A DNA stretch of 28,031 nt from a virus (IMGVR_UViG_3300038974_000468:1-28031), one strand, 5' to 3'; shown: positions 8,393 through 17,566, counted from the stretch's first letter. A program made the numbers and translations. Notes: generated by a model from the sequence alone, not told the origin.

Positions 8393-10944
8393 GATTGTGC
8401 CGAACATAGCGGTTCAACCTCTGTGATTTCAAAGCCGGACACATCGCACCGCGTTTTGAGCAGACCATAATTGAGCGTCCACACGCGCCGATTCTCTGAG
8501 CCAATGCGTTTTTGCACATTGCTCTCCAGAAAATAATCCGAGTGCTGTAGCTGCTTTTTGAATTGTGCATAGGTCAGCGTTTCTCCGGCGATAGCGCAGT
8601 CCTTGCGGTACTTGGTATAACGGTCATAAACGTGATTGAGCCACAGCGCCAGCACCTTGCCGTCGTCGAGAATGGCAAACTCGCTCTTCGGGTCAAGTCC
8701 CATGCGCGACATCACCTCAAGCGTCTGCTCGACCACACTCTTATTGCTGGTGCCGCCGTCCAGCAGGTATTCCTTCGCCGCATACTCGATGTACTTTGTG
8801 CAGGGAGCGATGGCATACGGAAACGTCTCATGCCACGAAAGCCCGAGCGAGGAGCACAGCTTTTCCATGAGCCGCAGCCCTGCGACCATACAGGCGAGAT
8901 TGTTGACGACACGCGACGGCAGCTCCTTGTTGAAACCGCTCAGCGCCTCTTCGTACCACGAATAGCATTCTGCGGGCTTAGTTTTCAGCGCGATGCCGAG
9001 TAAGCTATGCCCAAGACCGCCAAGTAAATCGGCGCTGGCGCACAGCCTCTGGAATGCCGCACGATATTCGACCGTCTTCAGGTCTTTCTTGGAAAACAGC
9101 AGCTCAATACTGCGCTCCCGAATTGCCGCTTCGTCCGGCGATTCCTCACCGGCGACCACGAGCGGAGCCAGCAGCTCATAGCTCACGGTCGTCTGATCGG
9201 CGCGACCACGGATGCCCTCCTGACCGTCGTAGCTGTTGCGGAAATGGTTCAGCAGCGGCGCAAGGCGATAGCTGTCGATTTTCGAGGGCTTGAACTCGTC
9301 TAGCGCCATCGGAATGGTGTTCGAGGACGCCGAGTCCTTCATCAGCGTAAAGGCAGTCGTTTGTCCCGCCGCCACGATCTTTGACTTGGAGAACACCGGC
9401 ATAATGACCCGCTCCAGCGTATTGCTCTTGCCGCTTCCGGCTTCGCCGATGAGCATGAGGTGCGGGTATTTCACGTTCTTCTCCCGCAGGTGCTCTTTTA
9501 TGAAGCAGCCGCTGATCCACGCCAGAATCGACACTGCCTTCGCAGGTTCGTTGTAGGACATGAGCACCTCGCCGAGCGTTTGAAGCTGGGTCGCGGTGAT
9601 GAGCTTCGCGCCAAGAATATCACTGCAGTTGCTGCGGTATTTGTCCAGCTGAATAATGTCCTCGACAGCCGCGCTGTTTTCGTCCACCGCACCCTCGACC
9701 GAAACGAATACCATCCCGCCGCCATGCTCGTAAATGCCCATCGCCTTGACGCCGCGCTTCATTTTCCATTCCAGCTCCGAGACGTATGCCTTGAGTAGCT
9801 CCAAATCACCGTCCGAGCCGGTATAGCTCAGAGCGATGGTGCGCTTGTTGAGGGCATTCTTGAATTTCTGCTGATTGGCGAAGTCCGTCGTCATAAAGGT
9901 CAGGCGGTAGGTTTCGCCACGCACGGTCACAAGGTCGGCGGTGAGCTGCGTCTCCTCCTCGGCGACGATCATCTCAACCGGCACGAATACGAAGTTGGTG
10001 ATGGGATAGATGCTCTCGCCCTTACTGCGGAAATACATACCCTTGTACTCAAATACCGGCGCATCGTTACCGGGCGTATAGGTATCCTCGGTCAGCTCAC
10101 AAGCCTTGTCCAGCGTTTCCTCGCCGTAGGTCGCACCGCTGGCATGATGCTTCGTGTCCCACTTTTCCCGAAACAGCCCGCTCTGGCGAAAGAGCCTGTC
10201 CATCTGCGCCTTGTCCTTGCCCGACCAGAACGCCAGCCGACAGCACATCGCCATATCCGCCTCCGATTGACTCGAATAGGCGTCCTGCCAGTCGCCGTCC
10301 CAGAGCTTCGAGAACGCTTCGCCGTTATCTGCTCCACGGGCAAGCTCCAGAAGCTCGTCGTCGGACAGCTGCACGGGTGCGCTCTTTTTCGACTTCTTTT
10401 GCTGCTGATTTTTCGGGGCGCGGATGTAGGTTTCATGAATCCATTTAAGCGTACCATTGTCCTCGGCGATGGTGTCCGTCGCACAATCGAGCCTTTTGCC
10501 CGTCATCGTAAAGTAGCGGGTATGCTCGTACATCTCCACGCCGGTCTTGGCGTTTTTGTTGCCGGTACCGGGTATCGCGCCCTTGAAGAAGAGATGAATG
10601 CCGGTGCCGGAGGGCGAAAACTCCATATAGGTAGGCTGCCTTGCGATGATTGCCTTCGCCGTCTCATTGAAGGTTTTCGTTTCGGGGTCATAACAGTGGT
10701 CGACGTCCACGCCCACAAGGTTGTCATCTTTCGAGAACATAAAGCCCAGCCCCGTAAAGCCATAGCGCTCCAGCGCGTCGGCAGCGGTGGCGTAGTCCGT
10801 CCATGTCGCGGGGTTATTGGATTGTGCGCCTTTGCCCGTGATGGGGTTATACGGCATCTTTTTATCCTTGCCGCCGTCCTTGTCGGGGATGAGCCGCCAG
10901 TTGACCCATTGCTTTCGTTCAAGCAGCTCCTGCGGATAGCTCAT
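8383..10944 (-). CDS. Primase-polymerase (NrS-1-like N-terminus) fused to P-loop ATPase/helicase
   Basis: GVDVDH, EFSPSGTGIH, EMY...RYFTMTG AEP-like motifs; SQSEAD...MDRLFRQSGL helical domain; Walker A GEAGSGKS and Walker B MALDE. Confidence 0.88.
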   Translation of the reverse strand: MSYPQELLERKQWVNWRLIPDKDGGKDKKMPYNPITGKGAQSNNPATWTDYATAADALERYGFTGLGFMFSKDDNLVGVDVDHCYDPETKTFNETAKAIIARQPTYMEFSPSGTGIHLFFKGAIPGTGNKNAKTGVEMYEHTRYFTMTGKRLDCATDTIAEDNGTLKWIHETYIRAPKNQQQKKSKKSAPVQLSDDELLELARGADNGEAFSKLWDGDWQDAYSSQSEADMAMCCRLAFWSGKDKAQMDRLFRQSGLFREKWDTKHHASGATYGEETLDKACELTEDTYTPGNDAPVFEYKGMYFRSKGESIYPITNFVFVPVEMIVAEEETQLTADLVTVRGETYRLTFMTTDFANQQKFKNALNKRTIALSYTGSDGDLELLKAYVSELEWKMKRGVKAMGIYEHGGGMVFVSVEGAVDENSAAVEDIIQLDKYRSNCSDILGAKLITATQLQTLGEVLMSYNEPAKAVSILAWISGCFIKEHLREKNVKYPHLMLIGEAGSGKSNTLERVIMPVFSKSKIVAAGQTTAFTLMKDSASSNTIPMALDEFKPSKIDSYRLAPLLNHFRNSYDGQEGIRGRADQTTVSYELLAPLVVAGEESPDEAAIRERSIELLFSKKDLKTVEYRAAFQRLCASADLLGGLGHSLLGIALKTKPAECYSWYEEALSGFNKELPSRVVNNLACMVAGLRLMEKLCSSLGLSWHETFPYAIAPCTKYIEYAAKEYLLDGGTSNKSVVEQTLEVMSRMGLDPKSEFAILDDGKVLALWLNHVYDRYTKYRKDCAIAGETLTYAQFKKQLQHSDYFLESNVQKRIGSENRRVWTLNYGLLKTRCDVSGFEITEVEPLCSAQSVT

Positions 10945-11375
10945 AGGGTTTTCACCTCACATTCCTCGGTAAAATACTTGATGGGCATATTATGCTTTTG
11001 CGCCTTGCGGATTTCGTGGCTCATGCCCTCGGAGACCGTATCTCCAAACACCCACAGCTCCTGACATTTTCCCAGCAACACCCGCCCGAAGAACAAGCCC
11101 AGCTTACGGCTGTCAGGGTCGTCTTCATCCATGAACTGCGGGTAGAGCAGGTGCGGCGCAAGCGGTATCGCGTTTTGCACGACAGCAAAGCGGCAATAGT
11201 CCCGTGTGCGCTCTGCGTTTTTCTCCATATCACCGGCGAAGGGCGAACAGATAAAAACGAGCGGTCGGTACTCTGTACCGTAACGATGCAGCAAATCCTC
11301 GCGCATCAGCCTTCGCATAGCCTCGTAGGTCGTCGGGTCGCTGTAGCCCTCGGCGTTTCGTTTATCTATCCACAT
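10941..11375 (-). CDS. DUF4406-like protein (nucleoside deoxyribosyltransferase-like fold)
   Basis: 'VFICSPFAG...APHL...CQELWVFG..SEGM..EI' pattern; TGATG coupling to the polymerase stop. Confidence 0.7.
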   Translation of the reverse strand: MWIDKRNAEGYSDPTTYEAMRRLMREDLLHRYGTEYRPLVFICSPFAGDMEKNAERTRDYCRFAVVQNAIPLAPHLLYPQFMDEDDPDSRKLGLFFGRVLLGKCQELWVFGDTVSEGMSHEIRKAQKHNMPIKYFTEECEVKTL

Positions 11376-13309
11376 CACACGTCCTCCATTTCCTTCAGCT
11401 CGCCGAAGCTCTCACCGTAGGCGGCTTCCGCGATGATCGGCACGTCAAACGCCGGGAACGGCTGCACCTCCATGCAAGCCTTCACGAAGCCGATCGCCTC
11501 GTCGAGCTTGTCCGCCGGTATCTCGAACACCAGCTCGTCGTGAATCTGCAGGAACGGCTTTAGCCACGGTCGCTCCTTGATGCCCGCTACGATGCGTCCC
11601 ATCGCCAGTTTCAGAATATCCGCCGCCGTACCCTGTATCGGCGTATTCATGGCGCAGCGCTCGGCAAAGGAGCGCTTGCCCCAATCGGTCGAGAGGATGC
11701 CGATAATATACCTGCGGCGACCGAGCCACGTTTCCGCATAACAGGTATTGGCGGCGCGGCGCTTGGTCTCGTCCTGCCAATCGGTCAGGCGCGGATAGCC
11801 GTTTTTCAGATTGTCGATGATACCGGCACAGGCGTCATTCGACATATCCAGACCCGCCTTGAACTTCAGCGTCTTCTGCAGCCCGCTGGGGAAAAGCCCA
11901 TAAAACACACCGAAATTGCAGTTCTTGGCGATGGTGCGGCGCTCCTTATAGTGCGGCGCATTCTTGTCCGCTGCCTCGCTGAACGGCACATGAAAGATGA
12001 CCGATGTTGTCGCCGCGTGGATGTCTCCTCCGGCACGATAGGTTTCGAGCATCTTCTTATCGCGGCAGTAGAACGCGCCCACGCGAAGCTCGATCTGGGA
12101 GAAATCCAGCGAGATGAGCAGCTTGCCCTCCGGCGCGGCGATAAACTTCCTCACGCCTATCGGGTCGTTATCCTTGCGCAGGCAGTTTTGCAGATTGGGA
12201 TTGCGGGAAGCGAAGCGCCCTGTTTCGGTCCCGAGCGGCATGAGGTCTGGGTGAATACGTCCCGTGGCGCTATTGACGCAGCGAAGATATCCATCAATGT
12301 AGGTGCTTTTGAGCTTGCCCCACTTACGGTATTCCTGCACCAGCTCGAACAGGCGCACCAGCTCCGGGCGATGCTCGCGGCAGTACTCCGTGAGCAGGAT
12401 CATCGTCGCGTCGTCAGCTGCCTCCTGATGCTTTTCCGTCGTCTTCAGCACCGGCAAGCCGAGGTCGGTATACAGATACTGCTTGAACGCCGAGGTCGAG
12501 GCGTTTGCGCCGATGTCTATGTCGCCAGTCATCTCATCAATTGCTGAGCGTAACTCCGTAAGTTTTCGTTCTGCTTCGACTTTTTTTGACATCATTGCAT
12601 CCGTATCCATCGGAACGCCGTTGTACTTCATCATGCCGACATAGACCGCCGTCGGCGATTCCACCCGCTCCACAATGTCCTGATGCTGCGGGAGGTTCTT
12701 TGCAAACCAGCCGTTGAATTTGTGATAAAGCCGCAGGGTGTAATCACTGTCGGCACAGGCATAGCGCAGCGTTTCCTGCTCGGCGGGGTTCATCTCGTCG
12801 AAATGCCGTCCCGCCGTCACCGTATTGAAATCCGGCATATTTGCGCCGAAAAGCGAGGTGGAGAGCAGCTTCAAGCCGCTGTCCGATAACCCACGAAACT
12901 CAAACTTGCTCTTGAGCGTGAGCTGCGCCGCCGCGATGGTGTCGTAGCAGGGTTCGCATACAACGATGCCCTGCGCATACAGGAACATCGCCTCAAAAGC
13001 CAGGTTGTGCGCCACCTTTACGACGTCGGGGTTTTCAAAGACAGCGGTCGTGAGATACTGCATAAGCGCATCGCGGCTCTGCACATTTTTTCCGACCTTA
13101 TGTGCAAAAGGCAGATATACCGCGCTGCCTTCCGAAACCGAAAGACTGATGCCGACGATATGCGCCTTGTGCGCGTCCAGCGCCGCCTTCGGCTCGTCTC
13201 GCCATTCATCATCCGGCGCGGTCTCGAAGTCGAATGCAATAACGCCCGCGCCCTCGATATACTCGCGCAGCTCATCGGGTGTATATATAAGGTTGTAATA
13301 CATGTTCAT
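11375..13309 (-). CDS. Family A DNA polymerase with 3'-5' exonuclease
   Basis: Exo AFDFET, AHN, YACAD; TGRFAS, motif A DFSQIELR, motif B RTIAKNCNFGVFYG, motif C IHDEL; start moved to ATG 13309 (GAAGGAG RBS). Confidence 0.95.
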   Translation of the reverse strand: MNMYYNLIYTPDELREYIEGAGVIAFDFETAPDDEWRDEPKAALDAHKAHIVGISLSVSEGSAVYLPFAHKVGKNVQSRDALMQYLTTAVFENPDVVKVAHNLAFEAMFLYAQGIVVCEPCYDTIAAAQLTLKSKFEFRGLSDSGLKLLSTSLFGANMPDFNTVTAGRHFDEMNPAEQETLRYACADSDYTLRLYHKFNGWFAKNLPQHQDIVERVESPTAVYVGMMKYNGVPMDTDAMMSKKVEAERKLTELRSAIDEMTGDIDIGANASTSAFKQYLYTDLGLPVLKTTEKHQEAADDATMILLTEYCREHRPELVRLFELVQEYRKWGKLKSTYIDGYLRCVNSATGRIHPDLMPLGTETGRFASRNPNLQNCLRKDNDPIGVRKFIAAPEGKLLISLDFSQIELRVGAFYCRDKKMLETYRAGGDIHAATTSVIFHVPFSEAADKNAPHYKERRTIAKNCNFGVFYGLFPSGLQKTLKFKAGLDMSNDACAGIIDNLKNGYPRLTDWQDETKRRAANTCYAETWLGRRRYIIGILSTDWGKRSFAERCAMNTPIQGTAADILKLAMGRIVAGIKERPWLKPFLQIHDELVFEIPADKLDEAIGFVKACMEVQPFPAFDVPIIAEAAYGESFGELKEMEDV

Positions 13310-13367
13310 GCTCCTTCTGCCGCTGTAGGTCGGGCAGCAGCTGCCACCCGACCTTGCGGCGGTGTAT

Positions 13368-14123
13368 TTAGGCGAGAGGTTCAATGACCTCGCCGATTTC
13401 GTGGTCAACATTGACGGCGGGAACATCCACAGTGGATTCCGTGTCATAGCCGACGCGGGTGGAGAAGCTCTTGACCTGCTCAGTCAGCCCTGAGATAAGC
13501 GCGTATTCCTCGGCAGTCAGGTCGCGGTCGACCGAAAACTGCGCCTGTGAATATGCGATGCCGCTGTTATTGATCGCCTTCTTCAACGCGAATTTGGTGA
13601 CTACGGCGTTGGACTTCTTGCCCTTGGAGAGCAAGCGCATGATATAGCGGGTGAAATCCTTAAGAGAGCCGGTCGGCAGGGAGAGTATCATCGGGAAAAT
13701 CTCTCCCTCGCGCAGCAGGTAGATGCGGCGGCGGTTCTTACACGCCTTGGCACCGTTCTCGCCGGAGCCGAATTTGTTATACGGACACTTGGCGCAGTCG
13801 CCGCCGGGGTTGCCCTCGCCTGTAACTCCGTCGAAGCTGCCACAGTCGGGAGGATTAGATCCGCCCGTATACTTGTCCGTGTAGTAGGCATACAGCGGGT
13901 GATGATGCAGGATAACGGCGGAGAACTCCTTGACCGTTTCCGGGTTATCGGGGTTTTCGCCGGGGATCTCAAACACCGTCATACCTCCGGCGGGGATTTT
14001 AATTCGCTCGAAGCTGCCGGACAAGCCGGACAGCTCCTCGGAAAGCGCGTCGTTCAGATTGAAGTCCTTCAGCGCCATAAACGCGCTGTTCGTAGTGGCA
14101 AGAGCCTTGTTTTCGTTTTTCAT
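13368..14123 (-). CDS. Phage replication-module protein, possibly ssDNA-binding (Cys motif, acidic tail)
   Basis: PPDC...CAKCPYN.FGS...KACKN; C-terminal VDHEIGEVIE; located upstream of the polymerase; AAGGA RBS. Confidence 0.6.
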   Translation of the reverse strand: MKNENKALATTNSAFMALKDFNLNDALSEELSGLSGSFERIKIPAGGMTVFEIPGENPDNPETVKEFSAVILHHHPLYAYYTDKYTGGSNPPDCGSFDGVTGEGNPGGDCAKCPYNKFGSGENGAKACKNRRRIYLLREGEIFPMILSLPTGSLKDFTRYIMRLLSKGKKSNAVVTKFALKKAINNSGIAYSQAQFSVDRDLTAEEYALISGLTEQVKSFSTRVGYDTESTVDVPAVNVDHEIGEVIEPLA

Positions 14124-14143
14124 GGTATCATTCCATCCTTTCA

Positions 14144-14566
14144 TTATTTGCGGGTCGCCTTACGGACGCCCACGGTCGTTTTTTCGAATACGCTGACCAG
14201 CCCTTCAAGCCAGTCGGGTAACACATCGTCGTTCTCGGATATCTGCTCCCGCACGAAAGCCGAGAGGGAGTTGGCGTTGACGGTCTCATATACCAGTCCG
14301 CCGTAGCCCTCTGCGCGAAGCGCCTCAAAGAGCTCTTCCTTGCGGTCGGCGGTCGCCGAGGCACGGGTCGTGTTGGTGAGGCAGAACATCGTGCCGGAGC
14401 GGGTGAAGTTCTGCGTTTCGGTATCGGTCATCAGCTGCGCCAGCGCAGCGTCGGTTTCATCGAGCGCGGCGTTTAGCTCCTTCACGTGCTGCTCGGCGTC
14501 CTTTTTCTCATCCCGCAGAGCCTTGAGCCGGTCTGCGAGTTCAAACATTTTTTCAGAATTGTCCAT
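14144..14566 (-). CDS. Conserved phage coiled-coil hypothetical protein
   Basis: 140 aa; N-terminal coiled coil, 'ETVNANSLSAFVRE' motif; AAGGAG RBS. Confidence 0.75.
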   Translation of the reverse strand: MDNSEKMFELADRLKALRDEKKDAEQHVKELNAALDETDAALAQLMTDTETQNFTRSGTMFCLTNTTRASATADRKEELFEALRAEGYGGLVYETVNANSLSAFVREQISENDDVLPDWLEGLVSVFEKTTVGVRKATRK

Positions 14567-14580
14567 TGAAATAAGCTCCT

Positions 14581-15925
14581 TTACATAAATGGGTTATTGC
14601 CGTAGCGGTAGTCGTCGACCAGCGCCTTGGCGAGGTTCGCCTTGTTCTTCAGGGCTTTAAGCACCTTCTCATCGACCGTGCCCTGAGCGGTTAGATAGAT
14701 GTAGGTACACGGCATCCGCTGACCGGCGCGGTGAATACGGGCTTTGCATTGCTCGAAGTTCGACATCGAGTAATCCAGCGAGTAAAAGACCATCGTGCTT
14801 GCCGCCGTGAGCGTCAGCCCCAGACCGGCGGTTGCGATCTGCCCGACAAAAATGGGGACATCGGGGTCGTTCTGGAAGCGGGCGACCTGCTCGTCACGGT
14901 CTTTTACGCCGCCCTTGATGAGGGAGTAGTTGACGCGCTTCTTTTCGAGCATGGCGCAGATAGCGTCAAGCTCCGGCACGAAGCGGGCGATAACAACGAG
15001 CTTGCGGTTTTCCTCGATTGCCGCGTCAAGGATGTCCTCCAGCACGTCGAGCTTTGCCGTGCTGACCTGTTCGGCGGCGCTGCTCTCATCTCTGCCGATG
15101 AAGCCGCCCGTGAGCTGCGATAACCGCAGCAGCTTGGTAAGCACGTTGGTGATGGTGACCTCGCCCTCGGATAGCTCGGCGTAGCTTTCCTGCACGAGGC
15201 TTTGGTAGAGCTTCAGCGCCCTCGGCTCCAACTCGACCTTACGGATGATGTCGGTCGTTTCCGGCAGGTCAAGGCAGTCCTTCTTTGTCGCCCGAAACGC
15301 GATGCTGTGCATACGGCGGGTCAACTCCGGCTCCATCGACTTTTTGAGCACCGGCGTGTGATTGCCGTAGCCGGTCATGTAAAAATAGGTGTTACGGAAG
15401 CTGTAAAACGACTGTCCAAAGATACGCGGGTCGAGGAACTTGTACTGAGAGAAGATATCAATTGCCTTGTTCGTGACCGGCGTTCCCGTCAAAAGCAGTC
15501 GATATTTTGCCGCCGCGCCCAGCCGGTGCATCGCTTTGGAAGCCGAGATGTTGTGCGTTTTGATTTTGTGTCCCTCGTCGGCGATAATCAGGTCGGGACG
15601 CCATGCCGCAAGCTCCTTCTCCAAGCGCCACGCCGATTCGTAGTTGATAACAGCCACCTGCAGCGCGTCGCCGGTCATGTGCCGAAGCGTATCTGCTTTC
15701 TTTTCGCCGCTACCCTTAAGCACGGCGAGGGTGTAATCAAAACCGGCAAACTTACCGAACTCCTCGTCCCATATGCCGACGACCGACAACGGTGCCACGA
15801 CCAGCGCTCTTTTGATGCGTCCGGCGTTAAACAGCGCACCGGCTGCGGCGATGGACACCAGCGTTTTCCCGGTGCTAACCCATTTCCATTAGGAGAGCGA
15901 CGCCCTGACTTCTGGAAATATTCAT
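14581..15925 (-). CDS. SNF2/DEAD-like helicase, main body; reading frame interrupted within Walker A (MEMG-stop, then TGKT in another frame)
   Basis: VAPLS, INYE, IADEGH, LTGTP, RIHRAGQ motifs in 14581..15873; upstream mini-ORF 15925..15875 encodes MNISRSQGVALLMEMG*. Either a pseudogene or recoded. Confidence 0.85.
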
Positions 15926-15930
15926 GTACA

Positions 15931-16353
15931 TCACCTGCCTTTCTTCTTCCCGAAGCCGTGTATTTTGCAATGCTCCGACTGCGACGGGAGCACCTCAAGG
16001 TTTGCGGGGTCGTTGTTGAGCTTGTTGCCGTCTATGTGGTGGACAACCTCGCCCTTTTTGAGCGGTCTGCCGAGTATGGCTTCGGCGATCCTGCGGTGCG
16101 CGTGTTTGCCAAGCAGCTTTGAATACGCCTTGCCCTCGCCGGTGCCACGGAGCTTGCGACTTCGTTTCACACGTGACTCCATCACACCGCCAGGCTTGTT
16201 CATGGGGTTATCCGTGCGGTTGTACTCGGTCATGCGCTGCGAGTTCCAGTGGTAAAAATGCTCTCGGCAGCAGAAGTTGTTCTCACGGACTTGGCTTTCC
16301 GACCGCTGGAATGCTTTCCCGCATAGGGCGCATTTCACCGTGGCTTTCGTCAT
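15931..16353 (-). CDS. Free-standing HNH homing-type endonuclease inserted in the helicase gene
   Basis: CxxCGK...FCCxxH zinc finger; HRRIAE...GEVVHHIDGNKLNNDPANL; GGAGGTGA RBS before ATG 16353. Confidence 0.9.
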   Translation of the reverse strand: MTKATVKCALCGKAFQRSESQVRENNFCCREHFYHWNSQRMTEYNRTDNPMNKPGGVMESRVKRSRKLRGTGEGKAYSKLLGKHAHRRIAEAILGRPLKKGEVVHHIDGNKLNNDPANLEVLPSQSEHCKIHGFGKKKGR

Positions 16354-16477
16354 CGGAATCACCTCCCGTCGAAACCAGACCGAACAGCTCGCAAACGAAA
16401 TTGAAAGCGGCGACCTGATGTGCATAGGGCTTTGCCTTGATTGGCATTGGAAGCAGCGGAGCAGTGTCTTTTTTCAT
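16283..16477 (-). CDS. N-terminal fragment of the SNF2 helicase (Q-motif)
   Basis: 'PMPIKAKPYAHQVAAFNF' is a PYxHQ Q-motif; ATGA-coupled to the upstream gene; runs out of frame into the HNH gene after GGD. Confidence 0.75.
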   Translation of the reverse strand: MKKDTAPLLPMPIKAKPYAHQVAAFNFVCELFGLVSTGGDSDDESHGEMRPMRESIPAVGKPSP

Positions 16478-16671
16478 CGGAGCTCGTCACCTCCGGGCAG
16501 TTCCGTGATGGAAACGCTCTCCACGGTGTCGCCGGGAACGATGACCATTACCCGACGCTTTTCGCCGAACAGGTAACGGAGCAATCGTTCTCGAAGCGCT
16601 ATGCGCTTGCATCTGACGACGCCGTCTTCGGGGGGCTTCTTGGAAACGCTGATCTTCAAATCGTGCTTCAT
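16474..16671 (-). CDS. Small conserved phage hypothetical protein
   Basis: 65 aa MKHDLKISVSK...LRERLLRYLFG..VIVPGDTV; stop overlaps the next start. Confidence 0.75.
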   Translation of the reverse strand: MKHDLKISVSKKPPEDGVVRCKRIALRERLLRYLFGEKRRVMVIVPGDTVESVSITELPGGDELR

Positions 16672-16751
16672 CTTTCATCCGTCCTCTCCGAGGGACGGTT
16701 TTGTGTGTCCCTCGGCATACGGAGAAATGAAAGGCGTTTTGGGGAGGTGTT

Positions 16752-17138
16752 TTAGAAGTTCTTTTTGAATTTCTTTCTTGCGGCTTCGATTGATTCGCGA
16801 ATGGCTCGGTGGTCGACACCCTCACGTCGGGCAATTTCCCGCATTGAAAGCCCGTCCGCAAGCATCAGCAAGCGACGCTGCTGCGTTTCCGAGAGCTTGT
16901 CCAAAGCGGCGTTGACCCGAGCGGCATACTCCTTGCTTGACATTTCGGTTTCAGGGGTAGTGTCCGTCGCGTACTCCAGCCCCTCATAATCAATGGCGTC
17001 GAGTGAATAGCTGTGATAGCGCTCCTTGCGGTCAAGATTGCTTTCCTCGCGACGCGACGCGGTTATGTAGCTGGCGATTTCCTCGTTGACCTCAACTTCC
17101 GATGTGGTACCGTCTGCAAATTTCCATGTGATTTTCAT
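16752..17138 (-). CDS. Sigma-70 region 4-type HTH protein (sigma-factor-like regulator)
   Basis: 'ALDKLSETQQRRL...GLSMREIARREGV..AIRESI..ARKK'; AAAGGAG RBS. Confidence 0.82.
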   Translation of the reverse strand: MKITWKFADGTTSEVEVNEEIASYITASRREESNLDRKERYHSYSLDAIDYEGLEYATDTTPETEMSSKEYAARVNAALDKLSETQQRRLLMLADGLSMREIARREGVDHRAIRESIEAARKKFKKNF

Positions 17139-17172
17139 TGTGCATAGCTCCTTTGAATTTCAAATTTCTGAA

Positions 17173-17281
17173 ATCCGCCAGAGCCAGCCAATCCGCACAA
17201 AACAGAAATGGACGGCAGTAGAACCCACCTCTCCTGAGAGAAGTAAAGATTCCGCACTGCCGTCCAAGCGTTCTGGCGGAT
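17173..17281 (-). ncRNA. Candidate structured cis-regulatory RNA upstream of the sigma-like gene
   Basis: Nested perfect inverted repeats 17173-82/17272-81 (10 bp) and 17209-19/17256-66 (11 bp), plus inner stems with G-U pairs on the minus strand. Confidence 0.55.
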
Positions 17282-17291
17282 ATTCGGTTGT

Positions 17292-17456
17292 TTATGCGAC
17301 TTTTTCGTTCTTAATCTCTAATGTTCCATCGTCGCGGAAATGGATTAGAGTCCGTATGCCCTTAAGCACAATTTCAACGAGTCTGTGCTTGGCATCCACA
17401 CGGCAGACCTTTTTGCCGTCTTTGTTTCTGATCTCCTCGAGAACAACATCGTCCAT
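17292..17456 (-). CDS. Small hypothetical protein (54 aa), absent from the ORF track
   Basis: Manual translation MDDVVLEEIRNKDGKKVCRVDAKHRLVEIVLKGIRTLIHFRDDGTLEIKNEKVA*; AAGGGA RBS; fits exactly between two hairpins. Confidence 0.72.
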   Translation of the reverse strand: MDDVVLEEIRNKDGKKVCRVDAKHRLVEIVLKGIRTLIHFRDDGTLEIKNEKVA

Positions 17457-17481
17457 ATAAGCCATCCCTTCTTTTCGTAAT

Positions 17482-17566
17482 AAAGAGAAAAGCCGCTATG
17501 ACGTATGCAGATAAACTCCAGATTTACACCTGAAGAGTTCTGCAATTTAGCACGTCACAGCGGCTT
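17482..17566 (-). terminator. Long hairpin followed by U-rich tract (terminator/attenuator-like)
   Basis: 15-bp stem 17566-17552/17504-17490 (one G-U on the minus strand), inner TGCAG/AACTC/CAG stems, then TTCTCTTT. Confidence 0.55.

Noticed and set aside
13310-13447. 46-aa N-terminal extension of the DNA polymerase in the ORF track
   Set aside because: It overlaps the upstream gene and hairpin; a strong RBS precedes ATG 13309.
15202-16122. Long plus-strand ORFs antisense to replication and methylase genes (e.g. 15202..16122, 10144..11064, 2193..2975, 11951..12547)
   Set aside because: Shadow frames of motif-bearing minus-strand genes; no RBS or recognisable motifs.
15930-16364. Group I/II intron around the HNH gene
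   Set aside because: The HNH ORF occupies nearly the whole insert, leaving no non-coding room for a ribozyme core; repeat-to-repeat excision does not restore the frame.
16679-16704. Hairpin CCGTCC...GGACGG near the RBS of the 65-aa gene
   Set aside because: Short stem, with the T-run on the non-coding strand; function cannot be supported from sequence alone.
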